A DNA stretch of 32,000 nucleotides from contig NZ_CP011304.1 of the NCBI RefSeq assembly GCF_000981785.2, positions 600,001 through 632,000 on the forward strand. Direction: 5' to 3'. Position numbers and translations under genes: made by a program. This DNA comes from Microcystis aeruginosa NIES-2549 (GTDB lineage Bacteria > Cyanobacteriota > Cyanobacteriia > Cyanobacteriales > Microcystaceae). The notes under the pieces are model-generated. The model saw nothing but the letters and a program-made list of their open reading frames with translations. It searched no databases and had not been told where the DNA came from. Positions 7,358 to 14,763 of this stretch are shown piece by piece. Within the stretch, counting starts at the first letter, position 1. Each line of letters starts with the position of its first letter.

Positions 7358-9910
7358 ATGTCTCATCTCACCATCGACACGGAAAATAATCAGCGTCAAC
7401 CCTTTGAATTACCGGGGGCTAAACCCCATTATAACCCCGATCGACCCGGACAAGTTAATCATATTTTTCTCGATTTAATTATTGATATTCCCCAACAAAG
7501 TTTTCAGGGCAGCTGTCAGATTACCCTCACTCCCATTCGTCAGGGAATTAGCAGTTTAACTCTGGATGCGGTGGATCTAAATATTAATTCTGTGTTTATT
7601 GAAGGTATCAGTCAACCCTTTGACTATGATCGTTCTCTCCTGACCATTCATCTGTTACAACCCACCACCGATAAACCGATTATCCTGACGATTAACTATC
7701 AGGTTAAGCAACCACAACGGGGATTATATTTTATCGGACCTGATGAATATTATCCCGATAAACCGATTCAAGTTTGGACCCAGGGAGAAGATGAAGATTC
7801 TCGCTTTTGGTTTCCCTGTTTTGATTACCCCGGCCAATTAGCCACCTCCGAAATTCGGGTTAAAATTCCCCAACCCTATATCGCTATTTCTAACGGAGAA
7901 TTAATCTCGGTGGCAACCGTTGGTGAAGACAGAATTTATCACTGGTCACAAAAGCAAATTCATCCTACCTATTTAATGACTCTTGCGGTGGGAGATTTTG
8001 CCGAATTATGCGACTCATGGAATGGTGTTCCCGTTACTTATTATGTGGAAAAAGGACGGGAAGAAGAGGGACAAAGAAGTATGGGTAAAACTCCCCGCAT
8101 GATCGAGTTTTTTAGCCAAAAGTTTGGTTATCCCTATCCCTATCCTAAATACGCGCAAGTTTGTGTAGATGATTTTATCTTTGGTGGGATGGAAAATACT
8201 TCCACCACAATTTTAACCGATCGCTGTTTAATTGATCAAAGAGCCAGCATCGATCATACTTGGACAGAAAGCTTAGTTGCCCATGAATTAGCTCATCAAT
8301 GGTTCGGTGATTTAGTGGTGATTAAACACTGGTCTCACGCTTGGATTAAAGAGGGAATGGCTTCCTATTCTGAGGTTTTATGGACAGAATCGGAATACGG
8401 AAAAGCAGCTGCTAGTTATTATTTATTAGGGGAAGCAAGAAGTTATTTAGAAGAAGATACTTCCCGCTATCGTCGTCCGATTGTTACTCATGTTTATCGA
8501 GAAGCTATCGAACTTTATGATCGTCATCTCTACGAAAAAGGTGCTTGTGTTTATCACATGATCCGCTCTATTTTAGGGGAAGATTTATTCGCAAAAGCGA
8601 TTCATACTTTTGTGCGGGATAATGCCCATAAAACCGTGGAAACTGTGGACTTATTACGGGCGATCGAAAAAGCGACCGGCTACAATTTATTATTCCTCTT
8701 TGATCAGTACGTTTATCGCGGTGGTCATCCCGATTATAAGGTCGCTTACAGTTGGGACAATGAGAATAATTTAGCCCAATTAACTGTCACCCAAACTCAG
8801 GATGAAAAGGAACTATTCGACTTGAAAATTCCCGTCGCTTTTGCCTATCTCAACTCTGAAGACCTTACCTACAATCTGCGGATTCACCAAAAAGAACAAA
8901 CTTTCTATTTTCCCCTAGCACAAAAGCCCGATTTTGTCAAGTTCGATCGGGGTAATAATTTCCTCAAAACCGTCACTCTTGAGTATCCCATCGGCGAATT
9001 AAAAGCGCAATTACAACAGGATCCCGATCCGATTTCCCGTATCTATGCAGCGACGGCCATTGCTAAAAAAGGCGGTTTAGAAGCGATCGAAGCTTTAGGG
9101 AGAGCCCTAGAAAATGAGCCTTTTTGGGGGGTGCGTGTGGAGGTGGCCAAACAGTTAGCAACTCTTCGGTTAGATCAGGCGGTTACTGCTTTAATTAAAG
9201 GTTTAAACGATGAAAAAGCACAAGTCCGTCGGGCAATTGTCGAGGGATTAAGTGAAATTAAAACCTTAGATAGTTATAATGCGCTTAAATCCCTATTAGA
9301 AACTGGAGATGCTAGTTATTATGTGGAAGCGGCCACGGCGCGAGGATTAGGCTCCATGGCCGTGGGACAATTGCAAAATAAAGAAGGGGAAATTATTGAC
9401 CTGCTCAATCATATTTTACAGTCAAGAAAGGGGTGGAATGAGGTAGTAAGAGCGGGCGCAATTGGCGGTTTAAGCCAGTTAAAAACCTCGCCGGCGGCTT
9501 TGGAGTCAATTTTGACCTACACGGCTTTAGGCACGCCTCAACCCCTGAGATTAGCCGCTATCCGCGCCCTGGGAGCGATTTCTTCGGGACAAACCACCGA
9601 CAAATTAACCGTAATTTTGGAACGTTTAGAAACTATTGCCAAGGAAACTTTTTTCTTGACGCAGGTGGCAGTGTGTAACGCTTTAGGACAGATAGAAAAT
9701 GCCAAAGCTATCGCTATTTTACAAGCTTTGAGCGATCGAACTCCCGATGGTCGCGTGCGTCGTGTAGCGGAGGAAGCAGTACAAAAAGTCCAGAAAAAAT
9801 TAGGTTCCGACAAAGCAATTCAGGAAATTCGCGAGGAATTAGAAAAAATGAAACAGGAAAATCAGGAACTTAAAAGTCGTTTGACCAAATTAGAGGCGAA
9901 AAATAGTTAG
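7358..9910 (+). CDS. M1-family zinc aminopeptidase (aminopeptidase N-like) fused to C-terminal HEAT-like repeats and a coiled-coil tail
   Basis: GGMENT exopeptidase motif and the HELAHQWFGD...W(X)KEG zinc site. The C-terminal about 300 aa has repeated (A/V)R..A...LG HEAT/PBS-lyase-like units, and the protein ends in a KQENQELKSRLTKLEAK coiled coil. Start set at MSHLTID (ATG 7358). Confidence 0.88.
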   Translation: MSHLTIDTENNQRQPFELPGAKPHYNPDRPGQVNHIFLDLIIDIPQQSFQGSCQITLTPIRQGISSLTLDAVDLNINSVFIEGISQPFDYDRSLLTIHLLQPTTDKPIILTINYQVKQPQRGLYFIGPDEYYPDKPIQVWTQGEDEDSRFWFPCFDYPGQLATSEIRVKIPQPYIAISNGELISVATVGEDRIYHWSQKQIHPTYLMTLAVGDFAELCDSWNGVPVTYYVEKGREEEGQRSMGKTPRMIEFFSQKFGYPYPYPKYAQVCVDDFIFGGMENTSTTILTDRCLIDQRASIDHTWTESLVAHELAHQWFGDLVVIKHWSHAWIKEGMASYSEVLWTESEYGKAAASYYLLGEARSYLEEDTSRYRRPIVTHVYREAIELYDRHLYEKGACVYHMIRSILGEDLFAKAIHTFVRDNAHKTVETVDLLRAIEKATGYNLLFLFDQYVYRGGHPDYKVAYSWDNENNLAQLTVTQTQDEKELFDLKIPVAFAYLNSEDLTYNLRIHQKEQTFYFPLAQKPDFVKFDRGNNFLKTVTLEYPIGELKAQLQQDPDPISRIYAATAIAKKGGLEAIEALGRALENEPFWGVRVEVAKQLATLRLDQAVTALIKGLNDEKAQVRRAIVEGLSEIKTLDSYNALKSLLETGDASYYVEAATARGLGSMAVGQLQNKEGEIIDLLNHILQSRKGWNEVVRAGAIGGLSQLKTSPAALESILTYTALGTPQPLRLAAIRALGAISSGQTTDKLTVILERLETIAKETFFLTQVAVCNALGQIENAKAIAILQALSDRTPDGRVRRVAEEAVQKVQKKLGSDKAIQEIREELEKMKQENQELKSRLTKLEAKNS

Positions 9911-9920
9911 TTAACCTGAG

Positions 9921-9960
9921 TGATCAGTTATCAGTCAATATCAATACTTATCAGTCAGTG
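9921..9960. repeat. Degenerate heptamer repeat (CAGTTAT-like) directly after the aminopeptidase stop
   Basis: tgatcag ttatcag tcaatat caatact tatcag tcagtg. Confidence 0.6.
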
Positions 9961-10054
9961 CAACAGAAAGCTGGTTTCTGGTAAATATCTAAATTAAAGC
10001 TCAGATTTTTTGTTAAGAAACCCGCTTTCTCCGAGCTTGTTGAGTGAGAACAGA

Positions 10055-10268
10055 GTAGCTCGATCGATACATCCGAACAACAAAAAAGCACCCCCTTTCG
10101 AGGATGCCCTTTTATCTAATGATTGAGATGCTAACTGATTGAAATGCCCAAAAATAGGGAGTTTATGGACTTTCCCATTAAAGTCAGGTTAGATTATGAC
10201 CATTTCTTAATTAAAAAACCCACCAAAGAAAACAGGCCTAACCCTAAAATAGAACTAGGCTCCGGTAC
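10055..10268. repeat. Copy 1 of a roughly 215-230 bp repeat (PEP-CTERM gene 3' end plus downstream terminator region)
   Basis: Aligns by eye with 11080..11309. Both start gtagctcgatcgatacatccgaacaa and end ctaaccctaaaatag.gctaggctccggtac, with scattered substitutions and small indels between. Confidence 0.85.
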
Positions 10269-10280
10269 TAACGAAATCAT
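10194..10280 (-). pseudogene. Remnant of a PEP-CTERM protein gene (only the C-terminal sorting signal survives)
   Basis: The minus-strand translation MISLVPEPSSILGLGLFSLVGFLIKKWS* matches the C-terminus of the intact neighbour (VPEPSAILGLGLFSLVGFLRKKRS*). There is no upstream domain. Confidence 0.7.
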
Positions 10281-10395
10281 TAGTTATAGTCATTTCAGAT
10301 AAGTCTGATACACTCTAGACCGACAAAACCCTTATGAACTCTGGGATTAATATTCTCAATTTTAATTGAAATGGCTATACCTTACTGACCGCCTT

Positions 10396-10761
10396 CTATT
10401 CTAGATAATCCCCTAAAAAGACGAGTTTATTCTTGATATCTTCGGCAGAGCGGGTAGCGATTAAATTAGCAATAGCTTTTACCTGTTCTCCCACGGAATA
10501 TCTTTGTTTCGCGGCCACAATAATTCCCGTATGGCTGATCGAGCGCGTCATATAGGATTTATGCAATCGACAAAAATCGCCTACATTAAAAGTATAAATT
10601 ACCCGACCTTGCTGGGTTGCCCAAACCAGTTGATCGGGATCGGGTAGCTGAATGTTTTTCGCTTCCCAAGTGGTAATTACATCAATCTTCAGATTCCGCA
10701 AAGCTTCCACGACCGAGCGTTGACCCGCATCTTCATCAAGGTAGAGACGGATTTGACTCAT
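10396..10761 (-). CDS. PIN-like (DUF5615 / COG4634, Mut7-C-type) putative toxin of a type II TA pair
   Basis: 121 aa starting MSQIRLYLDEDAG, typical of the DUF5615 family. Its start shares 1 nt with the stop of the upstream DUF433 gene (TAATG). Confidence 0.75.
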   Translation of the reverse strand: MSQIRLYLDEDAGQRSVVEALRNLKIDVITTWEAKNIQLPDPDQLVWATQQGRVIYTFNVGDFCRLHKSYMTRSISHTGIIVAAKQRYSVGEQVKAIANLIATRSAEDIKNKLVFLGDYLE

Positions 10762-11051
10762 TAAAATTCACCGGCTCGATATCGTGATTCCCAGTCTTCA
10801 CAATCGGCTCGGTAAGCATCGATATCGGCCTCTATCTGTTCTTTATTCGCGTGATAATACGCTAGAGCGCTATAAATTTGAGCCAGACTTAACTGAGGAT
10901 ACTCCTTAGCGATCGCTTCGGCACTCATTCCCGTTTTATGATCCATGACTAAACTTTGAATCGTGATTCTAGTTCCCGCGATCCGGGGACGAGCATTACA
11001 AATATCCGGACTAGCCACAATAAATTCGCTAATATCGATGCCTGTAGCCAT
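10761..11051 (-). CDS. DUF433 (COG2442) putative antitoxin
   Basis: SPDICNARPRIAGTRITIQSLV... is the DUF433 signature. The start was trimmed to MATGIDISEF, because the longer ORF runs into the repeat at 11080. Confidence 0.75.
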   Translation of the reverse strand: MATGIDISEFIVASPDICNARPRIAGTRITIQSLVMDHKTGMSAEAIAKEYPQLSLAQIYSALAYYHANKEQIEADIDAYRADCEDWESRYRAGEF

Positions 11052-11079
11052 ATTTTCGCCTAAAGAAGTCCCTTTTATT

Positions 11080-11309
11080 GTAGCTCGATCGATACATCCG
11101 AACAACCAAAAAGCACTCCCTAAAATTAGAGAATGCCCTTTTCTTTAATGATTTAGACCCTAACTGATTGAATTGACAAAAATAGGGAATTTATAGCCTC
11201 TGCGGAGTAGAATTCTCATCAAAGTCAGGTTATATTATGACCGTTTCTTCCTCAAAAAACCCACCAGAGAAAACAGCCCTAACCCTAAAATAGCGCTAGG
11301 CTCCGGTAC
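11080..11309. repeat. Copy 2 of the roughly 215-230 bp repeat (3' end and terminator region of the intact PEP-CTERM gene)
   Basis: See copy 1 at 10055..10268. Confidence 0.85.
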
Positions 11310-12446
11310 AGTTGGATTGGGGGGTTCAGTTTGTCCATCTAAACGAGCGATCCAAGCTTCATAATTACCACTAGGGTTAATTCCAGTACCTACAACCGTT
11401 AACCCATCAGCAGCAATTGCCGTCGCAGCGCTTAAAGTCCAACCCGTTAAATTTAAACCATAGTCATTAGTTAAAACCTGTTGTAAGCTCCGCATCCCTT
11501 GGGTACTATTCCAGATAAATGACTCCTGACCATTAGCACTTTCACTGTAACCAACCAGAACAGACCCATCTGCTGATATTCCAGTAGCATAGCTAGAGAA
11601 AATACCCCCCGGTAAGTCCCCTAGTCCGGCCATTCCCGTTGCTTGTGTCCAACGAAATGCTTCCCAACCATTAGCACTATTGCTACCACCACCAACAACA
11701 GAACCGTCGGCTGATACTACATTAGCAATGCTACTAAAAGTCCCTCCCGGTAAGTCCCCTAGTCCGACCATCCCCGTTGCTTGCGTCCAACGGAATGCCT
11801 CCTGACCATTAGCACTCTGACTGTAACCAACAACAGTAGAACCATCGAATGATACTCCCTGAGCCCAGCTAAGGGAACTACCTCCCGGTAAGTCCCCTAG
11901 TCCGACCGTCCCCATTGCTTGTGTCCAAAGAAATGCCTGAGGGCCAATATCAGTATTGCTACCACCAACAACAACAGAACCATCGAATGATACTCCTGAA
12001 GCAAAGTTATCGAAACCCCCCCCCGGTAAATCGCCTAATCCAACCATCCCTGTTCCTTGTGTCCAACGGAATGCGTTCAGAAAATTATTAGTACTAACGC
12101 TGTAACCAACCACAACAGACCCGTCTCCCGATACTTCGGAAGCCAAGCTCCCGAAATCACCTCCCGGTAAGTCCCCTAGTCCGACCATCCCCGTTGCTTG
12201 TGTCCAACGGAATGCCTCCCACCCTATATATGGATTACCAGTAGCAGCACGGTCGCTAAAACCAACAACAACAGACCCATCTGCTGATACTCCTGAAGCA
12301 CCGCTAGAGAAACTACCCCCAGATAAGTCTCCTAACCCCTGAAAAGAGGCGGCTTCTGCGGGGAAAGTGACCCCGATCGCACCCAATCCGATCCCTAAGC
12401 TGATACAATTAGCTAGTATCTTGTTCATAACCTGATAAGACTCCAA
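11235..12446 (-). CDS. Secreted HAF-family extracellular repeat protein with a C-terminal PEP-CTERM sorting signal
   Basis: Six to seven repeats of about 46 aa (AFRWTQATGMVGLGDLPGG..S.A.GVSADGSVVVG), an N-terminal signal-like segment, and the C-terminus VPEPSAILGLGLFSLVGFLRKKRS. The true start may be the internal MNKILAN. Confidence 0.85.
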   Translation of the reverse strand: MESYQVMNKILANCISLGIGLGAIGVTFPAEAASFQGLGDLSGGSFSSGASGVSADGSVVVGFSDRAATGNPYIGWEAFRWTQATGMVGLGDLPGGDFGSLASEVSGDGSVVVGYSVSTNNFLNAFRWTQGTGMVGLGDLPGGGFDNFASGVSFDGSVVVGGSNTDIGPQAFLWTQAMGTVGLGDLPGGSSLSWAQGVSFDGSTVVGYSQSANGQEAFRWTQATGMVGLGDLPGGTFSSIANVVSADGSVVGGGSNSANGWEAFRWTQATGMAGLGDLPGGIFSSYATGISADGSVLVGYSESANGQESFIWNSTQGMRSLQQVLTNDYGLNLTGWTLSAATAIAADGLTVVGTGINPSGNYEAWIARLDGQTEPPNPTVPEPSAILGLGLFSLVGFLRKKRS

Positions 12447-12608
12447 AAAACTGAGTGATTCTTACAATCTAGATGTTCACTTTGGTTTTGTCTGTGGGAA
12501 TTTGTGGCCATTTTGGATTTTCTGATACAATAATTTTTGTGGGATAAAGTGGGATTTAGTGGCAAAAAGGAGGGCAAGGATCATAAAAAAGGCTAAATTT
12601 GATTTTTA

Positions 12609-12793
12609 GGTTCGATCCCCCCTAGCCCCCCTTTTTAAGGAAGGAACCAGACTCAAAGTCCCCCTTTTTAAGGAAGGAACCAGACTCAAAGTCTCCCTTT
12701 TTAAGGAGGGAAACAGACTCAAAGTCCCCCTTTTTAAGGAGGGAAACAGACTCAAAGTCCCCCTTTTTAAGGGGGATTTAGGGGGATCGAACT
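12609..12793. repeat. MITE-like element: 4.5 tandem copies of a 33-bp unit bounded by inverted termini
   Basis: Units cccccttttt aagga(a/g)gga a(c/a)cagactcaaagt at 12626..12775. Termini aggttcgatcccccctagccccc and gggggatttagggggatcgaact are reverse complements of each other. Confidence 0.8.
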
Positions 12794-12882
12794 AGCGAAG
12801 CTTATAACTAGCAACTTGGGTTAATTTAAATGCGGAACAAATTACTAAATTAAGAGGTTAATCAGTCAAAAAAAGGCAAAAA

Positions 12883-13308
12883 ATGGAAGAATTATTAGAG
12901 TTAAAAAATCTATTAATAGCTGGCAATGTTCCCGATGCCTTGATTTTGGTAGAGGAAATGACAGAAATGAGCAAAGATGATAAGCTCAATAAGATTTTTA
13001 GCTTTAGTATTATTGTCCTATTACATCTGATTAAACAGCAAGCAGAAAAACGCAGTACCCGCTTATGGGAAACCTCTATTTCTAATTCTGTTCGACAGAT
13101 TCAACGCATTAATCAACGACGTAAAACTGGAGGAAATTATCTAACACCAGAAGAATTAAAAGAAACCTTAGATGATGCTTATTATTCCGCTTTAAGACAA
13201 GCGGCATTAGAAGCTTTTGAAGGTATATATAAACCAGAAGAAATTGAGGCTATGATCGATAAAAATAAAATTATTAATCAAGCATTGGAATTAATATTAA
13301 TCGATTAA
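12883..13308 (+). CDS. DUF29-like helical protein (141 aa)
   Basis: LLHLIKQQAEKRSTRLWETSISNSVRQIQRI...LKETLDDAYYSALRQAALE resembles the conserved core of cyanobacterial DUF29 proteins. Recognised from memory only. Confidence 0.45.
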   Translation: MEELLELKNLLIAGNVPDALILVEEMTEMSKDDKLNKIFSFSIIVLLHLIKQQAEKRSTRLWETSISNSVRQIQRINQRRKTGGNYLTPEELKETLDDAYYSALRQAALEAFEGIYKPEEIEAMIDKNKIINQALELILID

Positions 13309-13488
13309 GTAACAGGTGACAGTCGGAAACAAATCAGGAGGTTTAAATGTCAGAAATAAAATAATTTGGCAAATATTTATAAAAAAACGAGAAAAATAAA
13401 ATCTGTTCCCTTATCCCAAATAGCAATACAAACGTTCTATTACTTACTTATATGGATATTCAAACCCTTTTAGAATGGACAGATAAAC

Positions 13489-14763
13489 CTGACAGGGGGA
13501 CAAGCAAGCTGAAAAGCTTATGTAGCATAAAATACAGACACAGACTCCAAAAAAAGATAAGTCATATTTACCATATATGACCTAAATAACGAAAATGATA
13601 AGTGAACTATACCAGAAAGTGTTAGAAAATGAACTGGGACGAGCCAGATATCTACTGTTGTTAATGATAGTTGGAACCTTGCAAATACTAAAGCAAGCTA
13701 AGTTAGAGATATTAGCTGAAGCCTTACCAATACCAATCCTGTTTGAGAGTCGGAGAAAAAAACTAAAAAGATTTTTAAAGCTGGAAATTCTGAATATTGA
13801 AAAAATCTGGTTTCTCTGCCTAAAAGAGATGTTAAAACAGCAGCAGAGATTCACAACAAAAGGATTAGCGTATATTGCCATAGACCGGACAAGTTGGGGA
13901 GCAATAAATATCTTGATGGTGAGTCTAATTTATGACAAGAGAGCCATCCCAATCTATTGGGAGATATTAGATAAAAAAGGAAGTAGTAATCTCGAAGAAC
14001 AGCAGCGAGTATTAGAAAAAACATTGACCGTGCTATCAGGTCATAAAATAGTGGTGTTAGGAGATAGAGAATTTTGCTCGGTCAGTCTTGGAAAGTGGCT
14101 TCAGAAGCAGAGTTTATACTTTTGCTTAAGACAAAAAAAAAGTACAAATGTCAAGACAAAAGAAGGAATTTATCAAGAAATGAGAGAGTTAGGTTTAAGT
14201 CCAGGAACTCAACTATTTTTGAATGATGTCAATATTACAAAAGAGCAGGGATTTGGACAGTTTAACTTAGCTGGTAAGTGGAAAAAAACCTATGGGGGTT
14301 TTCAAACAAAAGAACCTTGGTATATTCTGACAAATTTTGTGGATTTAGAGACGGCAATAATTGCCTATCAAAAAAGATTTGATATTGAGGAGATGTTCCG
14401 AGATTTTAAGTCGGGAGGCTATAGCTTAGAAGGTTCTCAATTAGCACCCCAATACTTATCAAAGCTGATAATTGTTATAGCTATCGCCTATACAAGTGCC
14501 ACACTACAAGGTAAAAAAATTAAGGATATGGGAATCCAAAAATATGTCACAAGACCTGAAAAAAGATATAAAGGTCAACGCAGACACAGCAGTTTTTATG
14601 TGGGTCAACATCTCTATCATTGGCTCCAGCTACATCAAATGTTCCAAAAAAATATAGAAGAGCTAATGCAAATTAGCCGCTATCGGTTGAAGGATTACAT
14701 CAAGGGACAAAGAGCTATATCGCTTGCTCTATCTACCTTCTAGCTGGCTTGTCCCCCTCCCAG
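13489..14763 (+). mobile_element. IS4-family insertion sequence (1275 bp) with imperfect terminal inverted repeats and a 9-bp target-site duplication
   Basis: The left end is ctgacagggggacaagcaagct and the reverse complement of the right end is ctgggagggggacaagccagct, matching at 19 of 22 positions. The direct repeat cagataaac sits at 13480..13488 and 14764..14772. Confidence 0.9.
13595..14743 (+). CDS. IS4-family DDE transposase
   Basis: DDE candidates are DRTSWG and GDREF. The motif YQKRFDIEEMFRDFK has exact Y-(2)-R-(3)-E-(6)-K spacing, which is characteristic of IS4. Confidence 0.9.
   Translation: MISELYQKVLENELGRARYLLLLMIVGTLQILKQAKLEILAEALPIPILFESRRKKLKRFLKLEILNIEKIWFLCLKEMLKQQQRFTTKGLAYIAIDRTSWGAINILMVSLIYDKRAIPIYWEILDKKGSSNLEEQQRVLEKTLTVLSGHKIVVLGDREFCSVSLGKWLQKQSLYFCLRQKKSTNVKTKEGIYQEMRELGLSPGTQLFLNDVNITKEQGFGQFNLAGKWKKTYGGFQTKEPWYILTNFVDLETAIIAYQKRFDIEEMFRDFKSGGYSLEGSQLAPQYLSKLIIVIAIAYTSATLQGKKIKDMGIQKYVTRPEKRYKGQRRHSSFYVGQHLYHWLQLHQMFQKNIEELMQISRYRLKDYIKGQRAISLALSTF

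Noticed and set aside
9538-9813. 91-aa minus-strand ORF inside the aminopeptidase HEAT region, plus similar internal ORFs at 5739..5951, 6962..7243, 13582..13881, 20246..20488, 24584..24772, 28743..28931, 29164..29406, 30453..30692 and 31562..31852.
   Set aside because: All are antisense or out-of-frame within better-supported genes, or across terminators, and show no family resemblance.
10761-11105. Full 114-aa form of the DUF433 ORF (MFGCIDRATIKG...).
   Set aside because: The extra N-terminal codons run into the duplicated PEP-CTERM tail and terminator repeat starting at 11080. The internal Met (MATGIDISEF, ATG 11051) gives a typical DUF433 length.
12609-12640. ggttcgatccc resembles a tRNA T-arm/T-loop, suggesting a tRNA gene or tRNA fragment (possible integration site).
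   Set aside because: No complementary T-stem, acceptor stem or anticodon arm can be drawn around it. The sequence is mirrored at 12771..12793, so it is better explained as the terminal inverted repeat of the 33-bp repeat element.
12626-12775. Regular 33-bp repeats could be a CRISPR array.
   Set aside because: The units are directly contiguous with no unique spacers between them, and no cas genes or leader are nearby.
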